A stretch of DNA of 64,000 nt, taken from positions 105,092,001-105,156,000 of the forward strand of contig NW_024704743.1 of assembly GCF_018977255.1 (NCBI RefSeq), read 5' to 3'. The notes below the pieces were generated by a model. It was not told the origin of the DNA. It saw nothing but the letters and a program-made list of their open reading frames with translations, and ran no database searches. Source of the stretch: Callorhinchus milii (taxonomy: Eukaryota). This document shows, one piece after another, positions 50,607 through 64,000 of the stretch (position 1 is the first letter of the stretch; the number at the start of each line of letters is the position of its first letter). Both the position numbers and the translations under genes were made by a program.

Positions 50607-52152
50607 TAAATGTTATTTCTCTCCCTCTGCAACAAGGAGATTGGTTTCAGGAGGCCCTAGGACAGCAAGGTGTGGAAAAGGAGAGAAATTCTCAATTAGC
50701 ACACGAAGAAAGTCTTGGTTGTAAATGTGTCAGAATTTGGACCCAGAGATATAGAATTTAGTGTCCTCAATGGCTGATTTGTAAGGCATGAAAACTATTG
50801 TTGAAATATTAAATGGAATTGGAATAATTTATAATATAAATGAAATTACTAATTTAGATCTTAGCTTATTATTATTGCTACAGTTATTTGGCAAAATGTT
50901 GCTTAGTGTTGTGTTCAAGTTTGTTCAAGTAATGTTCTTTGCGTTCAAGTTTGCTGTTTGTTGTTTTAATTGTGTCAGATTTGTCAAAAGAGATGCAAGG
51001 TTCAACACCATATAAAAAATTGAAATCATGTCTTATAACCAAATTTAGTTGCATTGCAACTTCTAAAGTATTTTAAACCCATGCGTATAATGAAACAATT
51101 GAGGGATGAGAAAGCATCCCACAGTTGACCATTAACGTAAATATAAAGCCAGCTGACACAGAGCATATGCCAATACAGTTTCTCTGAAAATCTACCAAGA
51201 TGATGCTGGATTTGTATTACAAACTCTCTGAAGTAAGGATTTCCCTTTTATTATTCACAGCATTGCAAGCTTGCCAACACAAGCTAGAAATTGATTTAAC
51301 GCCCACCTATAATCCCTCCAGAAATAATGGAGTTCCCATTAATGTAATTTTAGGATACGATACTAGCATCAGGAGCAAAGCATTTTCAGATCCATTGAAG
51401 ACATCTGTTCATGTATCTTTCAAATTTATAAATACAAAATAGTTTAATGCAAAAATTGTAAACAGAGAGCGTTTTGACGACTTTTGATCCAGTTTTATTT
51501 TGGAAACACTACAACGGTTTCAGGTGCCATGGAAATAACTAATAATCCTTTACAGAAGAATTTGCCAATTCATGCCATTGGATATCTTCAGTGAGGAAAA
51601 GTATTCATTTGATTCTCAGTATTACCATATATCAGATAGTATAAATGGGTTTAGAATTTCTCCAATGAGGATTGCAAACAACTGAAGATTGTTACATGCA
51701 GTAAATCCCTTTAAATGGAACTTTTACAAGCCTAGGGCTTTCTATAAAATTTGATCTCTTTCGAACTAGATAACTTTGAATGTCTGTTCTTACCAATAAA
51801 CACTGTGTAGGTGGTGCTGAGCAATCACAAAACACAATTGTTCCTGCCAATAGGAAAGACTGAAAAATAAGACACCCTGAGTGCACAAATCATTCCAGTT
51901 AAACCAATTACCCCCTTGAATATAACTAATCATATAATTCTGTTTTCATATTTCCCAGGATACAAAGACATCAATAAACAACTCAATATTTATAGGCTGT
52001 AATATGAGAGGACATTAATAATAATTCTTGGTGTTTTGCAAACAATTGTGTTCTGTTTACTTGAAACAAAATTGACTCCCATTTTGCCTACAAAATTCAC
52101 AGTATTTGGAGTACATTAAATCCGGTGAAACACTGAGATCTCCTCATGATAT

Positions 52153-52947
52153 TGTGAGGTAGTAAAGGGTCAATAGGGTGAATATTTGGGTTCATTGAGA
52201 GCAGTCATAGGTGTTCAGAGCCAGATAGTCTGTTAAATTTGTTAGATTGAGATATCAATCTCTTTATCTTTCTTAAGATGTAAAAATGTTGGTTAAGCGC
52301 TTTCGATTTATGTCTTTTTTATTAGATTTTGTGAGTTGATGGATTTTATGGTCCTGTCAGAGTCTTTTAGTCTGAACATAGCTGAGTTAAGAAGTTTTAT
52401 GTTTTCAAATTGTCCAAGTAAGGAGAACTGATAAAAAAAAGTCACATGGGCACATTAGGGGTATAAAAGAGAGGGAGTTGAGTTATACAAGGGGTTGTTG
52501 AGTTTTGGAGTTCTAACTTTATAACATTACCAATTATAAAAACTCTGAACCTCAGGAACTTTGAGGAGATGTGAATTTGGGGTAAGATTACTCTATTGGT
52601 TTACCCCTGGTGGTCCAAGTGTTGAAACTTAGTGGTTAGATATCTTATACAGTGTGGGATATTATGTCTTTTTAAACTTATATTGATATAATATTATCAA
52701 TGTGTTATGTAAGAATTGTGTTTATTTTTGCATTGGATGCTTCAAATGCGGGAATATATATATTGAAGCCTGTGGGTTTGAATAAATAAGGAGTTTTTTT
52801 TAATTGTCAAGTGTTTGGTGTAATTTGTGAGACCACTCTGACCGAGCACGTATCTTCGACATAAAATGAGAAGAGAAGGATCGCTCCTTTCAGATTGCAC
52901 CTGGAAGGAGCGTGTAATTCTCACTCAGAGATAAGAATACCATGACA
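52153..52947 (+). mobile_element. Solo LTR (Gypsy- or ERV-type), 795 bp, inserted in an old SINE tail
   Basis: TG...CA termini, flanks ATAT/GTAT, TATAAAA at 52462, AATAAA at 52781; the flanks rejoin into a SINE tail. Confidence 0.7.
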
Positions 52948-55207
52948 GTATGAAAGAGACAATATCAAGTGCAAGGATTCTTATCAATATTATGAAAGTG
53001 ACTACGAGATATAAAAGAGAATTTAGGAGGAACCTCTTCAAGTAGATGACACAGAGATTGCGGAACTCACTGCCTGAAGCGGTAGTTCAATCAGATAGTC
53101 TAGATGCATTCAAGAGGAAGCTTGAGGAAGCCTCCATGTTAGGGAGAGGGGAATAGAGAGGTATGGCTGGAGACTCGTGTGGAGTATAAACAACATGTTT
53201 CCATAATTAAATTATTTGTAATCTTTTAATCCATTATTAAGATTGCAGATATGCAAATTGTTCACATTTTTTAGCCACTATAATTTTAGTAGAGGATGAG
53301 ATTGTTGTTGTTGTTTAATAGAGGATGAGAAATCCAGCATCCAATCTAAAATCAAATAATATTAATTGTTATCAAATACCTTGAGATTTCATCCCAATAT
53401 GAAAGGCACTGTATAAAATAATTGCATTCTGTGTTGCATTGAAGGAGGATTGTTGTATTGGCTATGCGCAATTGACTGCTGTGTTTTGCCCACAAATATA
53501 GTCAATTCACTTTACAATATATTCTGTCAAGCACTTTGAAGCATCTCGAAGACTAGCTATATCGAAATGAAGAATTATTATTATAATTTTATTTTTGTAG
53601 AATATTCCTTTCCAAATGCCTTCTTTGAGATTGTTGCATAGTTTGAAAGGTTTGAAAGATACACCAACGTGATCAGATATTCCATAAAAGCTCCAAATCC
53701 AGGAGCATTCAATGAATGAGTGATCCTGGAAAGGGGTAACTTATTCCACGCTTTGCCTTTTAAATGATTTAGCTTCATTCATGGAACAATTCAAAATTGA
53801 ACTAGTCTAACCCTCGTTCGTTTATATAAAACACACAAAATCACGACAGCAAAGACATTCTGGATATCTGGAATATTGTAACTCCACAGCTCACCCAAGT
53901 CTTGACATTTGAAAGGTTAGAAACAGGATAAATACAATCAATTTATGAAAAATGATGAACTGGGGGAAGGAGGGGCCGAGAGACGGCATAAACAATATCA
54001 GAGATATCTCCCCGAGGACAATAGGATGATGTATGGTCATTGAAAAGACAACAGATCAGCATAATAATAGACACCACCCACGTCTTCATACTTAAGACAT
54101 ATGTATCAAGCAATTGCAGTTAGAACTGTTCTAGTTCCTCAAAGATCCCAACAAAACTGTTTAGGAACAAAATGATCAGAATAATACTTGACTCCTAGGT
54201 TTAGATCTACATTACTTGTAGTCAATATGATGACAGTGGTTTGGCTACAAAAAGCTCTTTAGCCATTTAATTTCATCTTTTCAGTGTATCAATCTTACCA
54301 TCTACATATTACAGAGTCAATGCCTTGAAATTCTACCTGGTCTTAGCCTCTAAAACAGTTTTGTTTTAAAATGTTAAGTTCTTTAAACTTGTCTTGAGGA
54401 AGGCAGATTGTAAATTTGGTCATCTCTTCATCTAAGCCAATCCTATTTCACTGCATCTTTTAACTACATCTTTTACCACTTTCTGCTTCGGTTAATTTGA
54501 GATTCAACAAATGATATTCTCCAATGGTGTGCTACTAATACAGGCTGTTTTATATACTCTATAAGTAATTTTGATGAAGTTTCAAGAAAACATTACTGTA
54601 TAATATGGTCATTTTGTTTAAAATTAAACGTGCCACAAAAAATAAATGAAATCTTTACAATTTTTTTTCAAAAATTCACAGCGGGAGAGCATCTCAAAGC
54701 TCTTTACAGGATTATTGTTGGGTCCAGTGACTGTTTGTAGGCGAATGTGGCTAACAATTTATGCATAGTAATGTTCCATAAACAGCCACAAAAGGACCAA
54801 TTTTATTGGGGAGATTGATGGTCAGAACACTGGGAGAATCTCACTTGAATAGTGCCATCGGTGGCATATATGTGAGGACTAATAACTAAACCAGGCTGGC
54901 ACTAAAATTAAATAAACAGCAACAACCCATTTACATAGCGCCCTTCATGCGGGATAGCATCCCGGAATGCATGACAGTGGTGGAGGTCTGACCCCGAGCC
55001 AGGGGGAAAGGGAGGAGGAGGTGAATGTGAGATCAATCAAAAAGGAAAGTCTTCAGGTGGGATTTGAAAGTGGTGGAGTTGGGGGTAAGCAACTCCAATA
55101 GATAGGTAGATGCGAGGGCATGAAGTGATTTGTAAACAAGAGAGAGGATCTTGAAATTGACAAGACAACCACAATCTATTGGGCCACAAACCAAGAATCA
55201 GGCTGTC

Positions 55208-55248
<41 letters not shown>

Positions 55249-55530
55249 CCTTGCAATAGATATAGTGCCTTATCATGCATTTGAGACATCTCAAAATGCT
55301 TCACAAAATATACTGTTAAGTGAATTGACTGTATATTTTGTGGGTGAAACACAGCAGCCAATTGCACACAGCAGTGTCCTACAAACAGTCGTGGATTGAG
55401 TGACCAATTCATTCTTTTTCTTTCAAGGAATTACTATCCCCGGACAAGCGATCTGCCAATCGACTAAGAATGAGTTCCTACTTACTGCTAGGTAAACAGA
55501 GGTGCGTGGAGTAAGAAAACTTACCCAAAT
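55208..55530 (-). mobile_element. SINE, long form, with expanded (TAA)n tail
   Basis: (ata)n at 55208-55248, body, cctacttactgctaggtaaacagaggtgcgtggagtaag block. Confidence 0.85.
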
Positions 55531-55987
55531 TTGGCCCCCTTTTTTTTGTCATGGGGAAAAAAGTCTAAAAAAAAGCCAGTCATTAAAAAAAGTCAATCAT
55601 AAACTGTGAATGACATTTGAAATACTAAAACATTCAAGATGGCTAAAAATAAATCTGCAGAGAATTTATGAAGCTCTGTAAAGTTTCTGACAAATAACAT
55701 CTGTGACGTGGTTTATTGCACTACATTCAGGGGGTTGTTTATTGGGTCCTATGTTGGAACATTCATGTTGTATAAACAGTGCCTCTTTTTCCTATAAATA
55801 CATGTTAAATACTGAACATGTGGAGTGTGGGTGTCAATTTGAATATTTTTTGTAAGGAAAGAAGTTGTATAAGCTGTTCTTCCACTGTTTAAATAGATTG
55901 TAAAATGATTACTGGAGATTTCAATGTCTGCAGGTGTACAAGTTACAAATTTGGTTGGCTTGCTCTTAAAACTAATTTTCTCCCCTA

Positions 55988-56809
55988 CCAGTCAGGAACC
56001 TCGGCGTTTTGTTCGACCCTGAGCTGTCCTTTCTCCCTCACATCCGCACTACAACTGGCACCGCCTTCCATCACCTTCGGAACATCGCCAGACTACGGCA
56101 CTACCTCACCCCTCACGCTGCTGAAACTCTGGTCCACGCCTTTATCTCCTCAAGGCTGGACTATGGGAACTCTCTCCTCGCCGGCCTTCCCGCCACCTCC
56201 CTCCACAAGCTGCAGGTCATTCAGAACTCTGCAGCTCGTGTACTGTCCCGCACCAGGCTTCGGGACCACATCACTCCCACCCTCGCTCGCCTCCACTGGC
56301 TCCCCATCCCCCAGAGGATTGATTTCAAGATCCTCATCCTCACCTACAAGGCCATTCACGGCCTTGCTCCCTCCTACCTCTCCAACCTACTATCCCCTAC
56401 CTACCTGCCCGTACCCTCCGTTCCTCTGGCTCTGGTCTGCTCCACGTCCCCCGCCCAACCGCCCTACCATCGGTGGTCGGGCCTTCAGCCTCTCAGCCCC
56501 CAGGCTCTGGAACTCCATCCCCCAGTGCCTTCGCCTTGCTTCCTCCCTTTCCTCCTTCAAGGCCGGTCTCAAAACCTTTCTCTTTGACCGTGCCTTCAGC
56601 TCCCCTCTCGACTCTCTTCCCCCTCCTCGCTCCCTCCCTTCCCTCCCCTCACCCTGACCATTTCCCCCTTCCTTGCTCCCTCCCTTCCCTCACCTCACCC
56701 TGACCATTTCCCCCCTGCTCGGGTCATGTCCCAACTGTGCAGCGCCTTGGGACGTCCTCCTGACGTGAAAGGCGCTTTATAAATGGAATCTTGTTGTTGT
56801 TGTTGTTGT
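55988..56809 (+). mobile_element. Youngest-looking L2 3' fragment
   Basis: ORF 56009-56587, L2-like up to one frameshift near 56395 (AFISSRLDYGNSLLAGLP, LHWLPIPQRIDFKIL); (TTG)n tail; 46-bp tandem duplication in the 3' UTR at 56624-56716. Confidence 0.95.
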
Positions 56810-57094
56810 ACCGTTCTGGACCTTGTCATGTGCATTTTTGCCAACAAAAAATGGATGTGTATAAATGTTGTGAATTAAGTAAAGAATTCTCAGCCCTGCA
56901 GTAACATGGATTCTGGCTTTCTATCATTTGTAACTATCAGAACTAGTTTATAAATACTTTAGAAATATTCACTCACTACTGATGCTAAGCAGGTTAACAC
57001 ATTATTTAAATTACATTTAATTTACATCTCCCAGTTCCTGTCCCACATTGCTCACTCCTGTCACACAAATGCCTCAACTCTTCTTATACCAATA

Positions 57095-58180
57095 CCCTAC
57101 GTTCCTTGCAGGTGGCAAGGGAGGGGGAGGGACTGTGGAACAAAGTTCCAGAGGGTAGGGGCAGAGTGGTAGAAGGTCCGCCCGCCAATAGTGAGGCGAA
57201 CAAGGTGGGGGACGTGAAGCAGGCCGGAGCCCGCTGAGCACAGGGAGCAAGCAGGATGGTAGGGGGTTAGGAGGTTGCAGAGATAGGGGGGAGCAAGATC
57301 ATGGAGGGCTTTCAAGGTGAGGAACAAGATATTGAACTGTATCCTCTGTGTGATAGGAAGCCATTGGAGTCGGGCGAAGATGGAGGTGATAGGGTCGTGG
57401 AGTCTAGTGCGGGAGAGTACACGGGCTGCAGAGTTCTGGGTGATCTGCAGCCTATGGAGAGAGCAGATCGAGAGGCCAACAAGCAATGAGTTTACATAGT
57501 CAAGACTTAATGTAATGAAAGTGTCTGTGAGGGTTTCAGTGGCCTGCGGTATGAGACACTGATGGAGCCGAGCAATGTTGCATAGGTGGGGGAAGGCAGA
57601 GCGGGTCATGGCTCAGATGTGGGGTAAAAAGGATAGTTGAGGGTTAAATAAGACCCCAAGGTTCCGGACTGGATTAGTAAGGTGGAGTGTGCAACCATGG
57701 ATGGTGATGCTGTCAGCGCCTGAGGTGAGGAGGCACTGATGGGAGCCAATCAGGAGAGCCTCGGGCTTGTTGATGTTCAACTGCAGAAAATTAGGTCTCA
57801 TCCAGGACTTGATGTCTGCCAGAATTCAGTCAGGATAGCAGTGGTCCTGGAGTCAAGGGGGGAGGCAGAGGGGTAGAGTTCGGTGTCATCCGCATACATG
57901 TGAAAGATAACCCCATGTCTGCGGATGATGTCACCAAGAGATGGCGCATAGATATTGATGAGGAGGAGACCAAGGACAGAGCCCTGAGGAACGCTGCACG
58001 AGATGGTGCAGGGGGCTAGAGGAGAAGCTGTTTGTGGAGATGAAGTGGAGGCTGTGTGAGAGGTACAATCTGAACCAGTCAAGGACAGCGCCGCGAAGGT
58101 TGAGGTGAGAGGAGAGATGGTGGATGAGGATAGAGTGGTCGTTGCTGTCGAAGGCAGCAGAGAGGTCAAGGAGGACGAGT
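57095..58180 (-). mobile_element. L2-clade LINE fragment including the RT core
   Basis: SVPQGSVLGLLL, FHMYADDTELY, NFLQLNINKPEAL, QITQNSAARVL. Confidence 0.9.
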
Positions 58181-58799
58181 GCAGTGCATTCTATACATAT
58201 CGTGAATGATGAAGCACATGCAGAGTAAAATATACATGCAGATCCATAATGTCTTAGTTTATGTGACTTTTTGAGTATTACTGTATGTTATGCATGTTTT
58301 CCTCACCTATTAAATACTTGCCGCAGCTTTCTGAGTAACAAAATATATTACCATACTATATCGATGAGATTATAGATTCATATTTCGGTCTGTGGGTAGC
58401 AGTGAGAGTGCTACAATTGGTTTTGGGCTTCTGGGTTAATCAAGGGAAAAACAGCCAGGGTTTCCATCCCTGCTCATGATCCAGTGATTCCATCTGGAAA
58501 GTATACTTGTGTGGGTATCAAACTAGAACAGTATCAAGTCAGCGATGATTACATTATTCTTACTCCTTTTAGAGACAAGTAGCTTTTCAATTTTCATTTT
58601 CCAGGCACACTGCCATGACCATTTGGATGAGGTACCAGAGGAATCAGTCTCATTGCTCTCTTCCGCACTATGTATGAGGCCTGCCAGCACCCTTATGCAA
58701 TGATGACCAATACTCAATATCTCCAGGTATGGCCTAACCAGAGCACCCTACAGTTTAAGAATGACTTCTAGTGATTTGAACTCAACTGAAGGTGCACTC

Positions 58800-59045
58800 T
58801 CTCCCTAGAGGGACACAGCTTGCTTATCTAATTCACGGGAGTATTAAGGACAGATTGGCAAGAGCCAAAGCTTGGGAGTACTGCTGGAGTTTTACCAAAT
58901 AAAATCATGTAACTTTGAGACCACTGTTTTGTAGGCTTCCTGTTGATTTTCCACCCTACTTGTTAGGGCCTTCGCTTGTAGGATTAACAGGAGCTGAGTG
59001 AGAACAATGTCTGCCCCCAAGGAGACCCGTCTTACCTTCTCCCCA
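58800..59045 (-). repeat. Unclassified ~500-bp repeat family, diverged partial copy
   Basis: ttggcaagagccaaagcttggg...gtactgctggag...ttaacaggagctgagtg is the reverse complement of blocks in copies A and B. Confidence 0.65.
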
Positions 59046-60694
59046 CACCACCTGCCCCACCACACTTCCCCTCAGGACAATAGTAATGTATCTGAAGGAT
59101 TGGCTGGGACACCAGGAGAACCCCCTTATCTTTTTGAAAAGCGCCTCCAACTAAAGTGCTAGCAGGCCCTCAGTTTAATGTTTTATCCAGCAGATATCTC
59201 TGAGAGTGAACTCACTGAGACCTTTTTTTTAAGGAGTTAATTGCTATTTCATTGACTGCTTTGGGAGGTCGTTCCAAATATCCACTGTGGGAAAAAATAT
59301 TCTAACCTCTAATCTCACTTGAGACCTATGAGTTTTTTGAACCTATGTCATTCAGTTCTGCTCAAAAAAAAAGCTTTGCTCTCAGCATTACTTTACAAAG
59401 CTTTACTTTATGAGGAATGAGTAGATGGAAAAATGCGTTCTGATCACCCAAAAAATTCAGAATATTCATCATTCTCACACTCGTGATGACATATCCTGGT
59501 TTGCTTTCTCCATAAACAACTCTCTCCGTCCCCCACACTGGCCACAGCAACTATGTGAAGTGGAATATCTGCCAATTCTGTATTCATCCAATTCTTCTTT
59601 TGAAGTACAGAATCAACACACCGGCAGTTACATAAAAGAACACAGAGAAAATGTAGGAACAGTCAACACAGAATTAGTAGTAGATCATGCCCAACAAATG
59701 TAATGGAGTTATACAGTACAGTATATTCTGTGAAGCGCTTTGGGACGTCCTCCCGACGTGAAAAGCGCTATATCAAATGCAAGGATTATTATTATTATTA
59801 TTATTATTGACGAGGGTATGAGGGCAACCCACTGGATTTACTTTATTTGAATTTTCAGAAGACATTTGATAAATTCCAGAGGTGAAAATTTTAAAGACCA
59901 TAATGAAACATAAAACAACTAATGGACATTCAGCGATCAAGCCTGTTCCTTCCATGTATGATGCATGCTTATTTTACCATCCGCTCAACCCCTACACACC
60001 ATCTTTTGAAGGAAAATATTGTTTATTTACTTTCTGGTGCACAAAGATATTCAGGCAAACATTCTGGACTATTCCCATATTCTGCATTGATAGTAAACAC
60101 TGGCCCACTTCCCTCAATGGGCAATTTCCTAACTTGTCCCAAAAGTAGCACAGACAGCACTATACTCCTTTGAGGGTTCTCTAATCCTATTCCCAAATAT
60201 ATAAATAGCTAATTCTTCTTCTGATTTCCTGGCACAGTATCAGCTACTTTTGCTGAGACTCTGTTCCACAATCACTTCTGTTCTGTGGAAAAATCTCTAT
60301 TCTCGTGTGAAACTTCTTGATTTTTAAGCTGTTTTGATGTATTTTAAAGATGTCTGAACCATATGGTTTCCTAAACCAAGTTTCAAGTTCAAACACAAAG
60401 CTGCCTATTGCTTGAATTCAGGTTCTCACAGTAGTACTGCCAGCAATTATAAAAAAGTCCATGGACTGACCACCACAGTCTCCTGGATAGAGTAAATATT
60501 CTGAGATTGGTGTCCCCAGGAGTAAAATATCTACAAATACGTTCTGATCTTCAATTCCTTCCATGTTCTTGCCAAACACTGCCTCTGTAATCTCCTGCAG
60601 CCTCCAACTTTTCCCATTCCATCCAATGCACTGCAAATGCTTGGCTCCTTTGTCCCAGTACACTCTGAAACTCCCTCCCCAAATCCCTTTGTCT

Positions 60695-61945
60695 TGTGTA
60701 TTCCCTTGAGGAATAAGAGTACAACAGGGAAAGCAGTTCATCCATGGCAAACTAGAGCAGTTAGAGAAAGTATAAAACTAAAGGAAAAGGCCTATAAAAA
60801 CTGCTAAAAAATAGTAGCAAACCTGAGCACTGGGAGTTTTTTAGGGACCAACAAAGGAAAACCAAAAAGCTCATTAAGAGTGAGAAAATGGATTGTGAGG
60901 GCAAGCTAGCTAGGAACATTAAGACAGATTGTAAGAGTTTTTATAAATACATTAAGAGAAATAGACTAGCAAATGTAAATGTGGGTCCATTACAGGCAGA
61001 GACAGGAGGAATTATAATGGGGGATAAGGATATGGCAGAGTCCCTAAATAAATACTTTGCTTCTATCTTCACGTCAGAAGACACAAGAAGTTTACCAGAA
61101 ATAGAGATGAACCAAGGGGCTAATGATAGGGAGCAATTTAGGGAAATTTACATTAGCAAAGAATTGGTGCTAGGGAAAATGTTGGCATTAAAAACTGACA
61201 AGTCCCCTGGACCTGATGGTTTGCGTCCTAGGGTTTTAAAAGAGGTAGCTCATGAGATAATGGAGGCCCTGTGTCTGATCTTCCAAAATTCTTTGGATTC
61301 TGGAACGGTTCCCATTGATTGGAAGATTGCAAACGTCACACCACTATTTAAGAAGGGTGGGAGAGAAAAGATGGGAACTGTAGACCAGTTAGACTGACAT
61401 TGGTGGTAGGGAAAATTCTACAATCCTAGAGTATTGTGTGCAGTTTTGGTCTCCTTATTTAAGAAAGGATGTACTTGCCTTGGAGGGTGTACAACGTAGA
61501 TTCACTAGGTTGGTACATGGGATAAGGGGGATGAGTTATGAGGATAGTTTGAGCAATTTATGCCTATATTCTCTAGAATATAGAAGATTGAGAGGTGATC
61601 TTATAGAAACCTTTAAGATTATAAAGGGGCACGACAGAATAGATAGTGGGAGACTTTTTCCCATGGTTGGAGAAACTATAACCAGGGGTCACAGTCTTAA
61701 AACTAGGTGTAAGCCCTTTCGCACCGAGTTGAGGAAAAACTTCTTCACTGTAGGGCTGTAGATGGTCAGTCTTTGAACATATTCAAGACTGAGATTGATA
61801 GATTTCTTGTGGATAAAGGGATTAAGGGATATGGGGATAAGGCGGGTAAGTGGAGTTAGAATAGATCAGCCATGATCTTATTGAATGGCGGGGCAGGCTC
61901 GAGGGGCCGAATACCTACTCCTGCTCCTAATTCTTATGTTCTTAT
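60695..61945 (+). mobile_element. CR1 LINE, 5' truncated, with the RT core deleted
   Basis: ORFs 60888-61397 (KSPGPDG, WKIANVTPLFKKG) and 61438-61761 (LEGVQRRFTRL, RRLRGDLIETFKI); jumps from VVGKILQS to LEYCVQFWSP at about 61425; (gttcttat)n tail. Confidence 0.95.
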
Positions 61946-62499
61946 GCGTACTTCTCTCTACTTTTAAAACTCTCCTTAAACTGTCCCCTTTTTGACCTAT
62001 TGGTCGACCCTCATCTTTCTCACTTTTCTCTCAGCTCGGTGATCCAATCTACCTTTGTAAAGTGCTTTGAGATATTATCCTATGTGAAAACTATCATGTA
62101 ACTGCAAGTTATTATAGAAATTTTAAATATAAAGCACTGTATTCATTCACAGTCCTCCACAGCTATGCAATTTCCATTGCCTTTGATGTGACACACCTGA
62201 AGCAGAACTTCAGCTACAGAGTCTACACATAACTGAACAATTTTAGAAGCAAGGAAAATCTACAAAGGATTGCATGCTTCAAAACTCTCAAAAGCAACCT
62301 GAGATGAAGGCTGAAGGCTTGCTTTCATAATTTGCAGTCAGCATAAAAAAGCAAGAATTACTTTAGCATTGATTGATTATGCTCTATGTATACTCTTAAA
62401 AATGATTTGAAACTTCCAGTATTAAACTGATTCACAGTGATTTATATTTCCTGCTTTACAATCACATTTGTCTGTGGAGAGCTCTGCTGACCAGCAAGA

Positions 62500-63000
62500 T
62501 ATAACACTTGAATCAGCTTTGTTGTTCCATCTAGTGTCTGGGTTATTCCTTATGTTACTGCAAACAGCACTGTACCCCACTCTCCAGAGGTGGCCTAACC
62601 ACAGACTCTGTACAGCTTGAGCATGACTTCTGTAGATCTAACTGCAACTTATTTGGCAATATAACCTAAGCTGCTGCTTTGTTTATTGTTGCCTTACAGT
62701 GTTTGGACATGGTTTGTGGGGAGCCAACTATCACACTTGGTCTCTTTTAACTCTCCTCTTGTTACTTCTATCCCACCCAAGGAGTAAGTTTGCCTCTTTT
62801 TTTAGTTCCTATGTGCAACACCTTACGTTAATCTGTATTGAACATCATGTGGAACCAAATAGCCCACATGATTAACCTCTCAAACTCTGTTTGTAAGATC
62901 TTAACTGTCTCCAAAGACCTCTAACATGATGTCCTGTGCACATTTAATTAGCTTGCACTGAATCCGAACATCTAGATCCCTTATGAATATTGGAACAGCA
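62500..63000 (-). mobile_element. Old CR1 RT remnant
   Basis: IFIRDLDV.IQCKLIK-type remnant and ctccagaggtggcctaaccacagactctgtacag (reverse of an LY..LVRP.LE motif). Confidence 0.55.
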
Positions 63001-63254
63001 TGCACCCTGACATACACATTATCTTGTCTCTCAGCTGCAATGATCATTATGCTCTGCTCGCTTCCCTTCCAACAATCCCTGTTTAATTCATGTACTGGTT
63101 GGGCCAAGTGTCCTGTTTCCGTCCTGTACAACCACTGACAGTCTAAGGGTCTAAGCTGATTTCCATGGTTGATGAGCATGCTAGCCCTTGGATCACCACA
63201 TTTATAATATTTCTTTAATTTAATTTCTGATTTATAACATGAGAAAGTTTTCTG

Positions 63255-63500
63255 TATTTGTGTAGTCAAACATAGCAGCCAATTTGCACAAAACAATGTC
63301 CCAGAAATAACCATGAAGTGAACAACCAATTTCATCTGGAGGATTTTTTCCACAGGATATTTAGAGAAACTCTCTTTTCTAACAGGGTTATGGGATCTTT
63401 AATCTCTCACTGAAAAGGCAGAGGGACCTAACATCTGAAGAATAGCAATGCCAACAGTACAGTGTATCATCAGCAGTGCATCAGAGTGTTCGCCTACTGT
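63255..63500 (-). mobile_element. Deu-domain SINE remnant
   Basis: atgggatctttaat core remnant and SINE body. Confidence 0.6.
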
Positions 63501-64000
63501 GTGAACTTAAAGTCATACTTTTCCTGTGTTGGTGAGAGAAGGAACTATTATTTGAGCTCTGAGGAATAACATAGAAAAAACCTGGGTAAAATAGTAAATA
63601 AAGCTAAAGAGTTGAGGAAAGTGTAAGTACTAATCTGTAGCTATAGTGAAGTGTAGTTTCAATTAAAAAATAATAAACTAGCAAATAAAGTTTGTACTGA
63701 ACTAGAGTGCGGGAAGGTAGCAATCAAAAAAAAAACTTAAATCAGGTAAATTTCATAAATAATGAACTTAGCACATTGCTGTGGGAGAACTGTGTACAAG
63801 GCTTCCAGATATATAGTTACTTGGAAACTATTTAAGGAAATTATTATATAGGAAGGCTAAATCTTTCCAGATTTTAGTTTAATACCTCCAGCTTCTTTGT
63901 AACAGTGTGGGATAAAGCACAAGTACTTTATGAATGGGATTGGACTTGCCAGGGGGAAGCTGAAAGAGATCCAGAGGTGTTAGTTGCCTCATTGCTCACT

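Noticed and set aside
59400..59700. Minus-strand frames with a transmembrane-like stretch (IFSVFFYVTAGVLILYFKRR)
   Set aside because: Flanked by stops, no convincing splice sites, and T-rich DNA readily yields hydrophobic translations
1..64000. CRISPR array or other prokaryotic system
   Set aside because: No regularly spaced direct repeats and no operon-like ORFs; the sequence is vertebrate intronic and intergenic DNA

Overview
Eukaryotic, repeat-dense vertebrate DNA. The repeat complement (L2-clade LINEs with (TTG)n tails, CR1 LINEs, Deu-domain SINEs and an abundant tRNA-Ala-headed SINE with an L2-type tail) suggests a cartilaginous fish, most likely a chimaera such as Callorhinchus; this is an inference. 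Nearly all protein-like ORFs in the track are decayed L2 or CR1 ORF2 fragments or translated SINE sequence. The only well-supported host coding element is a 147-nt minus-strand exon at 6568-6714 (MKPGEQTVVVNPVKNAITSMRKQWDPEKPLDIEKEDKFSNCSDSSGK), which I cannot assign to a gene. Candidate non-coding upstream exons lie at about 22.4, 24.4 and 25.5 kb, so the window probably holds the 5' end of a minus-strand gene plus about 38 kb of upstream DNA. Worth a second look: a 795-bp solo LTR nested in a SINE tail, an unclassified ~500-bp repeat in four copies, a pre-miRNA-like hairpin, a duplicated 25-nt CCAAT/kB/E-box motif in repeat-free DNA, a mosaic SINE with two length variants, and several nested insertions with readable target-site duplications. 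I found no CRISPR array, rRNA or bona fide tRNA gene, and nothing I can demonstrate to be a new biological system. Repeat boundaries were read by eye and are approximate unless a junction is quoted.
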